Shown: positions 43,646-58,175, counted from the first letter of the stretch. The stretch: 64,000 nucleotides of DNA from the human T2T-CHM13v2.0 reference genome, Homo sapiens (GCF_009914755.1 NC_060930.1), one strand, 5' to 3'. Translations and numbers: made by a program. The notes: generated from the sequence alone by a model not told the origin.

Positions 43646-45124
43646 CTAAAAAAGAAAAGGATAAAGTCTATTTGAAACTTCCATTTGACTCTCCATTTTC
43701 CATTCTTTTCCTTCTTTCCGTTTCCCATATAAATAGATCCTTTCCTGGATAAATAACTCATTCCATTATTTCCATTATTAAAATTCCATCTATCCTGATC
43801 TCATTATAATTAACCAATTTTCAAAGAATGCAAAAATACAAATCTACACTGGTTAGACATTCTTAAAATCTGCCATGCTGCTGTTATTAAAAAAAAAAAA
43901 AGTTTTGGGGGAGAGGAGAGGGGTCTCTTTGTTGTTGTGTCACATCTGCAGAAAAATGTATTTTGTGAAAGAGTATCGGCCGCAGGAAAACACTTAGAGA
44001 TTAATGAGAGTATCTATATTCATACCATTCCTTTGGGCTACAAGGCTATTGGCTTAAAAATGAAGCTTTATGTTTAAATTTATGGACCATGGGTCAGGAA
44101 AGGTAGGGAAAATGAGACTTTTATTAAAGGAGAATTATAGAAAACTTAGCAAAATATTGCAGCCAAAACCCCCCTCCACTTGAGCATCTGAGATTCCTTG
44201 GGGTTTTTGTGTTTTCGTTTCCAGGTTTCTAAATAGCATGAGATCTCATCTGAACTTGAGTTGTTATTGTTTCCAGAAACAAGTTCAGAAGAGACTTTGG
44301 GAGACAGCTGGAAGGAAAATAGCTGTGGCCCCACTGAATGAGGAGGGAAAGGATCGGGATTCCTGCCACCCGTCTCCTGGCTTCTTCCCCACCCTCTATC
44401 CTCAGCCCTCTCCTTGGGAAGTATGATCGCCCCAAAATGAGAGATTGGCCCTTTGCGGGTGACATTTAAAACACATGAGCTGCACATGTTCTGTAGCTCC
44501 TAGGAGGAATCCACGTGTTGCAGTCAGAGAAAGACATGGAAGGAGGCACCTTGTTGCCTATTTTTAACGTTTCATCCCTTGCTTACCTTTGAAAAATGAT
44601 TGGTGGGTGCATGTGTTGTTTATTGAGGCCCAACTAAGCACAGGCATTGGAGAAATCTAGAACCATGGTACTTTGTGAATAAATGAATGAATGATGACAT
44701 TTTTCTGTTGTCTGGGCTGTGCATATCAACCTAACCACAATATTGCCTGTGACAGTCCCTCTCTATAGCAAACACCAGAACTTCCTCTCTTTATTTGATC
44801 ACTCTTTGTCCTTGCCCCACAGTTCTGTAATCATCAGAAGCAACACTGCTTAGAGAAGTAAGGACAATAAGTACAGTGATACCTAGGGTAAGCCTTCAGT
44901 TAAGAAAAGGAAATCTGGATGTCCACCACCATCTGAATCTCAGCAAAAGACCTGCTTTAGACTCAGCAGAGCCTAAGCATGCCCACAGTGGTGGGCATGT
45001 TCGGTGGGTGTATCCTGGGTCCACCAGCAGTCTCCTTTCCTGCGGGAGGTCAGCTGCATGGACGTGGACATCTGTGCCTCCACATTGGGCAGTGGCAGTG
45101 ATTAGGCATTGCTGGGAGACCTCA

Positions 45125-45537
<413 letters not shown>

Positions 45538-46248
45538 CCAACTGGGGTATCCCAGAATTAATTGAGGTAATTTGCAAACATTAGAGGTTATGTATTTTTG
45601 TGACATGGAAAATTGTTATTTATAAGTCATCTGAATATTTTTTGGCTTAGTCCTCTTAGTTGGAGTATTGGGCCCAGTGTAACTCTCTATCCTTAAAGAG
45701 AAATGGTGCAAAGGTCATCTAATCTGATTGCCATTATCTGTCACTGTTGATCACCAGGATTGATGTGGTTATATGACTATCAAAGCAAGTGTCTCCTTCC
45801 TCTTTGGATATCCATAGTGTCCCAAATCTGAATACCTTCATCAAAAAGGAAGACGTTCTCTATCATGATCTTCCCATCAGTCAAGGTTCCAGCAGGAAAC
45901 AGATGGCTCCTAATTATGATAACCTGAGGAGGGTTTATTTACAACAGAACTAATTATAAAGGTGTGGGCAGGCTTCAGAATCCTTCTCAACACAGAGCTC
46001 CAGGCTGCCTTTACCAACCAACCAGAGTTGACAAATGAACTGTACCTGTTTTTCAGTGTGACTCATGTAGATTACTGTTAGTTGCATCTTCCATAAGAGC
46101 CAAGAAAGCAATAGACTACTTATCTATTTTTATATAAAGACATTATAGATAGGAAATTCTTATATGCAACAAGTTAAGAGAGGACATAAATTCTGAACTG
46201 AGAAAGACCCACCTCTTAGCTCCCCAAGGCAGGAAAGCAACACATCTC

Positions 46249-48671
46249 TGTATTAGTCCATTCCTGCACTGCTATAAAGAAATGCTTGAGACTGGGTAAT
46301 TTACAAAGAAAAGAGGTTTAATTGGCTTCTAATTCTGCAGGTTGCGCAGGAAACATAGCGGCTTCTGCTTCTGGGGAGGCCTCAGGAAATTTCCAATCAT
46401 GGCAGGAAACAAAGTGGCTGCAATGTGTCATACATGCTAGGAACAGGAGCAAGAGGCAGTGAGGGGAAGATGCCACACACTTTTAAACAACCAGATCTCA
46501 TGAGAACTCATTCACTATCAGGAGAACAACACCAAGGGGAAGGTGCTAACCCATTCATGAGAAACTGCTCCCATCATTCAATCACCTCCCACCAGGTCCC
46601 ACCTCCAACACTGGGTATTACAATTGAACATGAGATTTGGGTAGGGACACAGATCCAAACCATATCATTCTGCCCCTGGCGCCTCCCAAATCTCATGTCC
46701 TTCTCATATTGCAAAATAAAATCATTCCTTCCCACCAATCCCCAGTCTTCACTCATTCCAACATTAACTCAAAAGTCTTATCTGAGACAAGGCTAGTCCC
46801 TTCTGCCTATGAACCTGTAAAATCAAAAACAAGTTAGTTATTTCCAAGATACATGGGGGTATAGGCATTGGGTAAATACTTCCATTCAAAAAGGGAGATA
46901 TCAGCCAAAAGAAAGGGGCTACAGGCCCCATGTAAGTCCTAAACCTAGCAGGGCAGTCATTAAATCTTAATGCTCCTAAATCTCTTTTGACTCCATGTCC
47001 CACATCCCAGCCACACTGGTGTGGATGGTGGGCACCCAAAGCGTTGGCCAGTGCTGCCTCTGTGGCTTTTCAGGGTTTAGCCTCCACAGCTGCTCTCATG
47101 GACTGATGTTGAGTGCCTGTGGCTTTTCTCGGTACAGGGTGCAAGCTGCCAGTGGATCTTCTGGGGCCTAGAGGACAGTGGCCCTCTTCTTACAGCTCCA
47201 CTAGGCAGTGCCCCAGTGGGGACTCTGTGGGGGGGGCTCCAACCCCACATTTTCCCTCTGCGCTGCCTTAGCAGAGGTTCTCCATGAGGGCTCTGCCCCT
47301 GCAGCAGGCTTCTGCCTGGACACCCAGGCTTTTCCATACATACTCTAAAGTCTAGGCCTCAACTCTTGTACTCTGAACACCCACAGCCTTACTACAATAT
47401 GGAAGCCACCAAGGCGTACAGTTTGCACCCTCTGAAGCAGCAGCCTGAGCTGCACCTGGGCCCCTTTGAGCCATGGCTAGAGCTAGAGTGACTGAGATGC
47501 GGGGAGCAGTGTCCCAAGGCTGCACAGGGCAGCGGGGCCCTAGGCCTGGCCCATGAAACCATTCTTCCTTCCTAGGCCTCTGGGCCTGTGATGGGAGGAG
47601 CTGCTGTGAAGGTCTCTGAAGTGGCTTCCAGGTCTTTTCCCCATTGTCTTGGCTATTAGCACTTAGCTCCTTTTTACTTATGCAAATTTCTGCAGCCTAC
47701 TTGAATTCCTCCCCTGAAAATGGGCTTTTCTTTTCTACCAAATGGCCAGGCTGCAAAGTTTCCACTTTTACCCTGTTTCCCCTTTAAATGTAAGTTCCAG
47801 TTTTAGGTCATCTTTTTGCTCATGCATGTCAGCATATATCATTAGAAGCAGCCAGGCTACATTTTGAATTTGGCTGCTTAGAAATTTCTTCTGCCAGATA
47901 CTCTAAATCATCACTCTCAAGTTCAAAGTTCCACAGATCCCTAGGGCAGAGGCACAGTGCAGCCAAGTTCTTTACTAAAGCATAACAAAAGTGACCTTTG
48001 CCCCAGTTCCCAATAAGTTCCTCATTTCCATTTGAGATTTCATCATCCTGGCCTTCACTGTCCATATCACTTTGAGCATTTTGGTCACAAGCCATTCAAC
48101 CAGTCTCTAGGAAGTTCCAAATGTTCCGTCATCTTCCTCTCTTCTTCTGAGCCCTACACACTCTTCCAATCTCTGTCCATTACCCAGTTCCAAAGTCACT
48201 TCCACATATCCAGGTATCTTTATAGCAATACCCTACTCCTCAGTTTCAAATTTCTGTATTAGCCTTTTCTCGAACTGCTACAAAGAAATACCTGAGACTG
48301 GGTAATTTTTAAAGAAAAGAGATTGAATTGGCTCCTGGTTCTGCAGGCTGTACAAGAAACCTAGCAGCTTCTGCTTCTGGGGAGTCCTCAGGAAGCTGCC
48401 AATCATGGCAGAAAACAAAGGGGGAGTGAGGCATCTGACATGGCAGGAGCAGGAGCAAGAGAGAGAGGAGGAGGTGCCACACACTTTTCAACAACCAGAT
48501 CTCATGAGAACTCATTCACTATCAGGAGAACAGCACCAAGGGAATGGTCCTAAACCATTCATGAGAAACCACCCCCATGATCCAGTCACCTCCCACCAGG
48601 CTGCACCTCCAACACTGGGTATTACAATTGAACATGAGATTTGGGTGGGGACACAGATCCAAACCATATCA
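46249..48671 (-). mobile_element. Full-structure MaLR element: MSTA-like LTR (48255-48671), internal region (46668-48254), LTR (46249-46667)
   Basis: Two homologous ~418-bp LTRs, both reading TGATATGGTTTGGATCTGTGTCCC on the minus strand; THE1/MST-type internal sequence; TSD ATCTC/ATCCC. Confidence 0.93.
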
Positions 48672-49090
48672 ATCCCTAACTTCATAGAGTTTTATTATAC
48701 ATCATAATCATCTTTCTAATTCCCACCCATCCAGCACCTTATCTGGAAAACGTTCATCAGATATATCTTAAATCATATTGAATTAAGTAAAATGGAAATA
48801 AAATAAAATAAATAAAGGTTAAACCCATTGGTCTAAATCACAGCTCTTGACTCCTCTGGGATCTTCTTACTTCCACAGGATAGAACACAAATCTCACGTT
48901 TTCCCTTGTAGATGGAGGCTGACACTTTGCGCATGCTATTTCTTTCCTTATTGCTCAGTGACCTCTGTCTTGTCAGTAGAGTCATATGCAGGCTGTCTCC
49001 ACATCTTCACATCTCTCTAACCTTACCTGCTTGCATGTCCACCCACCTATTGAAGCAGCCTCCTTCAACCTTTTATGACAGCATCTAGAG

Positions 49091-49270
49091 CTGTTGTTCT
49101 CAAACTTTAGCATGCACGTGCATCTCCTGGAGAGAGCTTGTAAAACCAGCACAGATGGCTGTGCCCCACTCTCAGACCTTCTGATTCAGTAGCTCCGGAG
49201 CCCAGTGGTTTGCAGGTTAGAGAGCACCCAGGTGATGCTGACGCTGGGGACCACGCTGTGAGAAGCACTG
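49091..49270 (-). mobile_element. MER5A
   Basis: ttctcaaactttagc...tctgattcagtag...caggtgatgctga...ggaccacgctgtgagaagcactg. Confidence 0.8.
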
Positions 49271-49348
49271 ACCTGGGATTCTTCACAATCCTCAGTGCAG
49301 GTTTGAATTACCTGCAAAGCTTAAACAAACAAACAAAAAAATACAACA

Positions 49349-49650
49349 GGCTGGGAGCAGTGGCTCATGCCTGTAATCCTAGCACTTTGGAAGCCCGAGG
49401 TGGATGGATCACCTGAGGTCAGGAGTTCGAGACCAGCCTGGCCAACATGGTGAAACCCCGTCTCTACTAAAAATACAAAAATTAGCTGGGCATGGTGGTG
49501 CGTGCCTGTAATTCCAGCTTCTAGGGGGGAGGCAGGAGGATTGCTTGAACCTGGGAGGCGGAGGTTGTAGTGAGCTGAGATCGCGCCACTGCACTCCAGC
49601 CTCGGCGACAGAGAGAGACACCGTCTTAAAAAAAGAAAAAAAAAAAAAAA
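49349..49650 (+). mobile_element. AluS, inserted in a MER5-like fragment (~49272-49759)
   Basis: Alu dimer; flanks carry ttctgatttaattgg...tgagaaccactg. Confidence 0.92.
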
Positions 49651-52183
49651 CAGTGCTTAAGCTCTACTTTCATACATTCTGATTTAATTGGCTAAGAATG
49701 TGGCCCAGGTTTAAGGTAACACAGGTTATTCTAAGGTGCTACGGGAATGAGAACCACTGACATAGAAACCATGGCAAGCGGCAGAGATCAGGAAAAGAGA
49801 CAAAATGCTGTAGCAAGAGGACCAGCAATGGGCTTGAAGTTATAAGTTCAGTGTGGTTTTTGTTCCCACTAGTCTCGTGAAGGGTGATGATTGGCAGTGG
49901 TGGCCCTGCACCAGTTTTGCCTCAATCTCAGTCTTTTCCTTTGATCAGATCATGTTAAGCTTCTTGAAGACTCTGACAGAGGGTTACTTAAAAAATGCTT
50001 TGTGCTCCTAGAAAGAAGGTTCATTTTTTGCCAAAGGTACCTGGTAGAGCTCTTTATTGGAAAGGAGCAGGGAAAAGCAAAGGCTAAATTTTAGTTTTTA
50101 AGGTGTGAGGAGAAGCTAATAGCAAAAGATAAAACATGGTCTATATTTGATGGCAGAGCTTTTTAAATCATCTGTGCGTGGTCATTCTTGCTGATGTTGT
50201 TTTTATATATAGCTCTAACTGAAAGCCTAGCCCAATTTCTGGCACATAATACACGCAGGGATGGTTGGAGGAGTTAAGCTAAAGTTGACCAAATCTCCTG
50301 AGTCACTTTAAAGTGGTGGAGCACTGGACATTTGTCTTTTATTCTGTATTTCCTAGCTTTTTGGCATCACAATGTTTTGGCACTCATTTTGATGGATTCT
50401 TCTTGTAAAAATAGCCTTGTTGAAATGACTGTCTTAATTTCTGTTGTAATTAACTACCTTAATTTCTGTTATAACAACTCAGATACTCTTTCAAAGTGGA
50501 ATCATCCTGACATGGGGTTTATGTCCAATAATCCTAATAATACTGAAAATGTTCACTGTGCAGGCTCTCAACCGTCTCACTGTTTTGTTTTTCAATGGAT
50601 TTGATGCCTAGTAATACACACAGTCCCATCATTACTCCAAAAGTGATTTCCACTCAACATGACCAGCAATATTACAATACTTTTTTGGGTTATTATCTCA
50701 GTGTCTCATCTTAGCCACAGGCCATTGCACTGGGGTCATAGCCTCCAGAGAATAAAGCCAAAAATATTCTTTTAAGCGTAACCTGTTTATCTATTTCAGG
50801 TAAGGGATTTTTTTCAAGTTACCAAAAATAGTATTTCATGCTTTGTACTTATTTTTAAAAGGGACTTTCACATCTAATTCTCCTTTGATCCTCCTGACAG
50901 TCCTACACAGCAGGCGGGCTAGATGTCATTATGACCATTTGTCATATAGTGAAATTGGGCATGGAGGGGTAAGGAGATGTCATGTGCTCAAGGGACCTTC
51001 TGATGAGTGGTGCAGGCAGGCCAGGATGCGGGCCTCAGGGCCCCAGTTCATCTTCCCCCCTCTGTGCTCTCTCCTCTAGCCAGGCTAACTGTTCTTAGCT
51101 TAAGGGGAATGACAGAAATTTGAAAATCATTGATGGAAATGCCTGGGAAGAGCTGGGCGTGCGGATCAATAGTATTAAGAGTTGTTCTGCTCAGTTTGCA
51201 GAGAGAAAAGGGCATAGTACTGAGGAATAAAAGCAAAACTGCTGTTCAGCCCTCCCAGCAGCCCCTCTTCTGTGGCAGGAATGCCTTCCCATACGCCCAG
51301 CATTCTCATTCATCCCATGGGCACAACTCCAGGGGCGAGAGATTATTAATTTGTTTAACATAAAAAATCAAATGAGCCCCTATTATGTGCCAGCTGCTGT
51401 ACTAAGTACTAAGAACACAGAGATAAATAAGATGTAATTGGTGGTTTTGGAGCATTCATCGTCCAACTGAGAAGATCTTCATGTACGCAGGTATCACCAA
51501 TGTAATGGATAAGGCCATCGTCAAGATGGGGAACTCCATAGACAGAACTACTACCTCTGCCTGGTAGAATCAGAGGAGGCATCTCAGCTTCCCTAAACTG
51601 TGAATGTGCTACTGGGTTGTCCTACTGTGAATAAGGGAGTGAAGGTAAATGAGGCATTGTGGCCAGGCTGTGGTGTGGAGTGAATTCAAGCATTATTCTT
51701 AGCGCAATGTCAGGCGGTGGAAGGCTGGTAGCAGAGGAGTAAAACAACCAAGCTATGTCCTCCCCGCCTCCCAACTTCTCCTCTGCCCCTTCTTAGCACT
51801 AAAATACTAAGAATTTTGACCAGGACTGGCAGTTAAAGTATTCTCTTTGTTCCATCGCACAGAGATGAAAAAGCTGAGGCTTAGAGAGGAATGCCGTCTC
51901 ATTCAAGATCTCACACTTGTTAAACAGCAGGCTGACCCAAGCTGGTGACTGGCATGCATCATACTGCCCAAAGCCACTCTGAAGGATAGGGCACCCCTGG
52001 GCTTTTATCACACCTGAGATCTGCTGAGTAGCAGGAATTAGGAAATATTAAGAGAGAAATATGAGACTATTAGTCAAAGGTATCATATAATAGAGAAAGG
52101 TTTAGTAAAATAAGGGCTCCAAAAGGCCACTGGATTAGACAATTGAATCATCGATGACCTTATCAAGAATTGATTCAGTAGAG

Positions 52184-52390
52184 CAAGGCTTCTCAACCTA
52201 AGCACTGTTGATGCTTTGGACTGAATGATCTTTGTGGTGGGGGCTGTCCCATGCATTGGAAGATGTTTAGCACCCTGGCCTCTATCTACCGGATGCCAAC
52301 AGCACCCTCTCAATCGCAACAACCAAAAATAACTTCAGACATTACCAAATGCATCCTAGGAGGCAAAATCACCCATGCTGAGAACCAGCA
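52184..52390 (-). mobile_element. MER20
   Basis: ttctcaacctaagcactgttga...ggggctgtcc...ggatgccaacagcacc...cagacattaccaaatg...gcaaaatcaccc. Confidence 0.85.
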
Positions 52391-52639
52391 CAGTAAAGCT
52401 GTGTGAACAGAAGCCAGACTGGAGAGTTACTGAGACCTCGAGCCTGGACCACCCTTTCGAGAGGTCTGGCAGCCAAGAGCAGACAGGTGAGAGGGGTGAG
52501 CTGGAGGAAGAGGCTGGCGTAGGAGGACAGCTTTGTTCGTTTGTTGTTGTTTTAAAGAGTTTTATTTCTAATGGAGAATACAGTTGTTTGCCCTAAGGAA
52601 AGAACCAAGAAAGAGGTAAAGGTTAAAGGTAAGGAAAAG

Positions 52640-53780
52640 TCACCAAGTAGCATCCATTTAATTATTTCACAAATATTAAGCATCTCCAGTTACCAGACTC
52701 TGTGCTAGGCTCTGCAGATGTCATGGTGAACAAGTGAGAGGTTCCTTGTTCAAAAGATAAAAAAATATTGAAAAGTTTGAAATGGCAACAGAGCATTAAA
52801 CCCCAAGCAGGAAGCCCTTCTGTGCAGGGGTGGAGTAGGAGGGTGTTCTGTGCACCTGCTCAGATTCTATGGACAGGAAGCTATCCCTGGTTGTCTAAGT
52901 GAGGCAGAGGTGGCCCTGGCCTCACAGAGTGTAAGCCTTGTTGTCTGGTGAATAGGACAGGCAATAAAAGAAAGTAAAACAAGCACTGGGGTATGGAACA
53001 TGCAGGAATATTGTTGCACACTGTAGGACACCTAAACCAAGAGATTTGCAGACAGAGGAAGTGATACTGAAGCTTTAAGCTGTAACGTTAGGGATTATTG
53101 TCAGTTAGACAGACAAAGAGGAAGGAAAAGAATGGTAAGGCTATGAGGAAGGGCATGCAAATCTGGAAGGAACCAAGAAGAGATCATTCTGGGTGAAGGA
53201 CAGAATGGGCAGATTCTTGACAGGCAGGTAGCCAGATCATGAAGAATCTTTCAGAACACTGAGTGTTTTGACTCTGTCCTGTGAGCACTGTAAAGGCATA
53301 CTTACTTTTCAAGCACAGAGTGGTGTGATCAGATCGGTCCCTTAGAAAGATCATTCTGTATGGGCTGGAGGAGGACCAGAGTGGGATAGGCTGGCAGCAA
53401 CTGGGAGAGATGCTGATGGACTGCTTCCCCAAGGTGGTGGTAGATGGAATCAGAGATGGTTTGGATATAGGACTCTTGGTGGTTGATTGGCCATCAAGAG
53501 TGAAGTTCAGACAGGATGATTCCCAGTTTCATGGCCTGGGCATCTCACTGGGACTCCATACAAGACCACTTGGAGAGGAAGATGTATGGGGGAAGAAGAT
53601 GAGTTAATTCATTTGGGACCCTTTAAGTCTGATGGCCCATAGGAGTTCAAGACAGCAGTTAGAAAGGTGGCCAGGAACTCAAAAATATGACTGGAGGTTT
53701 AGATTTTGGAATCATCAGCATATTGATGCTATTGGAAGTCATGAGTGTTGATGAGATCATCCAAGGAGCATGTGTGGCAT
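52640..53780 (-). mobile_element. L2 fragments
   Basis: ccagactctgtgctaggctctg...tgatcagat...ttagaaagatcattctg...agattttggaatcatcagcata. Confidence 0.6.
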
Positions 53781-55709
53781 CTGAACTGGTGGGATCTGGG
53801 TTAAATAGTTACTAAATGAGCATCTATTATGCTCTCTATGCTCTCTTAGGAACTGGGGATGTAGTAATAACCAAGGCCAGACAGAAATGCCCCAATCCTC
53901 ATGGAACTCATAGGTTCTCAGGAGGAAGTTTCCAAAGGATGTAGAGGGGATAGAATTCAGTGCTTCTCCCTTTCCCCTGATCCCACCAAGCCCATCTACA
54001 CTTCTGGATACCTGTTAGAAAACCCCATCTCCTCCTACTTTTGGAGACAGGATCTTATTTTCTGTCATTCTCTGTGAGGACTTTTGCATTTCCTCTTTCC
54101 ATCTGTCTGAAAATGCAGTTACCTTTCTCTGGTGCTGAGTTGCAGAAAACCCAAGTTAATTCTGTTTTTCCTTTGTCCTGAAATGCAGATACAGTTTCAG
54201 AGATCCAGACTTTAAAATCAAGGCCCTCAAAACAATAAGCAGTTGTAAATGCTAATGAAAGCTGTGACCTTGGTGTTCTGGAAACGGCAGAAAGCCCATT
54301 AGCTCTGTGCAGCACAACTAATCTCTGTCAGCCTCAACAAGTCAGACCAACAAAACCTACAAGGGTTTTGTCACTTCTCTAGGGAGATGCTGTAATGTGC
54401 AAAGACAATGCTGCCTGCTCTGCATACATTTAAAGCATCTTGCCACTACATTCTCTACCAGTCTTCTTTTTCCAAGGTCAAAACTGAAGTGTCCTTTATT
54501 TTGGGCTTTTAGTGTTTTTTTTTTTTTTTTTTTCAGTCTTTCCATGCAAAAAGAAAACTTCAATTTATTTGATTATTTCTTATGGTCACCAGTAGAGACA
54601 GCATTGTTCAGACTGAAAAAAAAAAAAAAGGCAAGATCCATTCTTAAATTTTTAAAGAAAATAGAAGGCTCACATACAGCACTTGATAGCATGTGGCATT
54701 TAAACAGGAACCCAGAGATTTTTTCAGTTCACTGAATCATTTAGCCATAGTCCATGGTAAAGAAAAAACCATTTGAGGCATGGAAACCATTTTGCTGCTC
54801 AGACATATTTTATAAACCAGGGTCACATATATAGTAGCAAAGCTACTTAAGATCCCTTGAAAGTACATTAAACATTTAATTTTGGATGATTCATTTTATG
54901 TAAAAATTTATCTCCAAAAATCATTGCCTTTGACACCTAGCAAAGTGATCACGTTTAGATATACAGTCAGGAATTTTGTTTAATTTAATGTTAGTTTTAA
55001 TCAGATACAACTAGTTAAATCTACTGGCAAGGTGGGAGCAAAGGAGATACAGTATATTCAGGAGGCGTCTTGACTTTGATTCTTGGAGTTAGCAGCTCCT
55101 TGGGATGATTCATACAGGTGACCACGTCGTCGTGCTCTGCTGCTCAGCTTTCTATGTTAACCAGTACTTAAGAGATGCACCAGGTACATCGATCATAAAA
55201 TGAGCCAAGCAGATGGCTGCTTTGCTTGGTGAAGATGGCAAGATGCCCTGGGTGTCCCCCGAAAATTTTGATGACTAGAATTCCAAAGCTGGAGCTTTAT
55301 GCTTTGGGTTTGTGAATTTGTCTCTGATCAAAGACAAATCTCCCAGTGAATGGTAAAATTTTAAACTAAAATAAGTCATCTTCAGTGTATCTCAACTTGA
55401 AAGAATAAGCAAAAGCTATCAATTGGGAACTCTTCTATAATTCCAATACGGAACATTGCAAATCTACATGCAACCCACTCTGTCCTGCTTCCCTGCTGTC
55501 CCAGTAAAGAGCTGTTCTTCTTCCACTCAAAAATAATGCTACCTCCATCCCTTGGATCCCAAGCCCTCCTACCTTCTCAGGACTCATGCACTACCAATTG
55601 GGCCTTTCCCTTTTTATATATTCAGCTTCTCCCTCCACCCCCCACCATCTAATCTGGATTATTTCCATTAAACATGCCCCATTTTCATCCATTAAAAAAA
55701 TAAAATTTG

Positions 55710-56335
<626 letters not shown>

Positions 56336-56606
56336 TTCCACCACAGCCTCCTTCACTTCTACTTCTCTCACCCCCTTCAAAGCCAGGCTTCGTGGCTAAG
56401 TCCTCCAGCTTCAGTGCATCCATTTTTCCACCCCTGTCCTCAGCCCTCTCCAATCTGGCTTCTCTTCCTGCCACGCCACTGAAGGGGCTCTAGGTGTTGT
56501 CAGTAACAGCCTCCATGGTGCTAAACCCAGTGGGCATTTTTTTCAGGCCTCATCTAACCTTACAGCAGCTCTCAGAACTCTTTGTGGGCCATACCTATCA
56601 TCTTAC

Positions 56607-57011
56607 TGTTAACGAAAAGATTGACATGCAGGTCAAAGCAAATAGCACTTATTTGGGAAGCAAAAATGGCAGCTGGGGTACACCGGATCAGGGCAGCCCT
56701 GAAGAGTGCCCTATAAGGCAGGCTGCAGGAGAGAATTTTTAAAATAGAGGATTGTCATAAAAAGTTATTTTCGGAAGTAGTTCATTGGCCAGGGAGAAAT
56801 CCTAAATCACAAAGCCGTTGTGATTGGTTAGTTAATGAGAGTACTCTCAGCTGAGGTGTTGAAGGCCAGCAGATGCTGACTTCAGTTGTTTGACCGAGTC
56901 TATTGGAACATCCCCTGGGTTTGACCTTCAGCAGGTGTGAGTGCGATCCTCTTGCAACCTTCGACTCCACTTCAGAAAGCCTTAGCATTAGTTACTATAT
57001 TTTCTTTCCCA
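56607..57011. mobile_element. Probable ERV1-class solo LTR, family not assigned
   Basis: TG...CA termini, 4-bp TSD TTAC on both sides, interrupts the L2. Confidence 0.6.
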
Positions 57012-57764
57012 TTACGTTGCTTCCATGATATGACATTTTAGTCCTCATCCTACCTCCAAGAACTCCCCTCCCCAGAATCCATGGCAGGGTCATCCTCCTT
57101 AGTCCATGCATTAAATACTGGAATTCGGCAAAGTTCCATCCTAAGCCCTCGCCTCTTCCCATTCTCTACTCTCTCCATACTCATGGCTTCAAATATTGTC
57201 TATATTGCAGACTAGTCTCAGATTTCTATCACTGGCCTAGTCCTCTCCTCTCCACTGAGCTAAATGTATCCTGCTGCCTACATGACAGCTTCATTCATAT
57301 GTCTCAGGAGCATTCTGATGTAACAGATCCAAATTCAAATTCATGGTTTTCTTCCACTCTTCCTTCACAAACACGCTGGTTCTCTTGCAGTGTGCCTGCC
57401 TCAGTGAACAGCATTCCCATCCATCTAGTTGCATGAGTTAGAAAACCTAAGGAGATATCCTGTACACCTGCTTCTTCCTGTCCATTCACATATGCTACCT
57501 GACTTCCTAAGAGCTTGCACATCACTGCCACAGCCTCGCCCAAGCCTCCACCATTTCTTACCAGGTGTGCCAAGCCTCCCAAAGCCTCTGCTCGGGTTTC
57601 CTCTTGCCTCCCCCAATCCCTTCTCCATATAATAACCAGCATGATCTCTTTCCACTGTAAGTCTGATCATTTCATTCACTCCTCCCCTCTCACACCCTAA
57701 AACTTAAACTCTTCAACGGCTTCACATTGCTCCTAGAAAAAGAAGATCTAAGTCCCGGAAGCAC

Positions 57765-58175
57765 TGTATTAGGCCATTCCCACACTGCTGTGAAGAAATA
57801 CCTGAGACTGGGTAGTTTATAACGAAAAGAGGTTTAATTGGCTCACAGTTCTGCAGGCTGCACAGGAAGCATGATGCTGGCATCTGCCTCTGGTGAGGCC
57901 TCAGGAAGCTTCCAATCATGGTGGAAAACAGAGGGAAAGCAAGGAGTCTCACATTGGAGGAGCAGGAGCAAGAGGGAAGGGTGCTACACACTTTTAAACA
58001 ACCAGATCTCGCGAGAATGCACTCAACTCACTAGAACAGCACCAAGTGGTTGGTACTAAACCGTTCATGAAAAACTACCCCCATGATCCAATCACGTCCC
58101 ACCAGGCTCCACCTCCAACACTGGGGACTACAATTCAACATGTGATTGGCAGGGACACAGATCCAAATCACACCC
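57765..58175 (-). mobile_element. MST-family solo LTR (MSTA/B-like)
   Basis: tgtattaggccatt...gaaatacctgagactggg...cacttttaaacaaccagatctc...gggacacagatccaaa. Confidence 0.9.
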
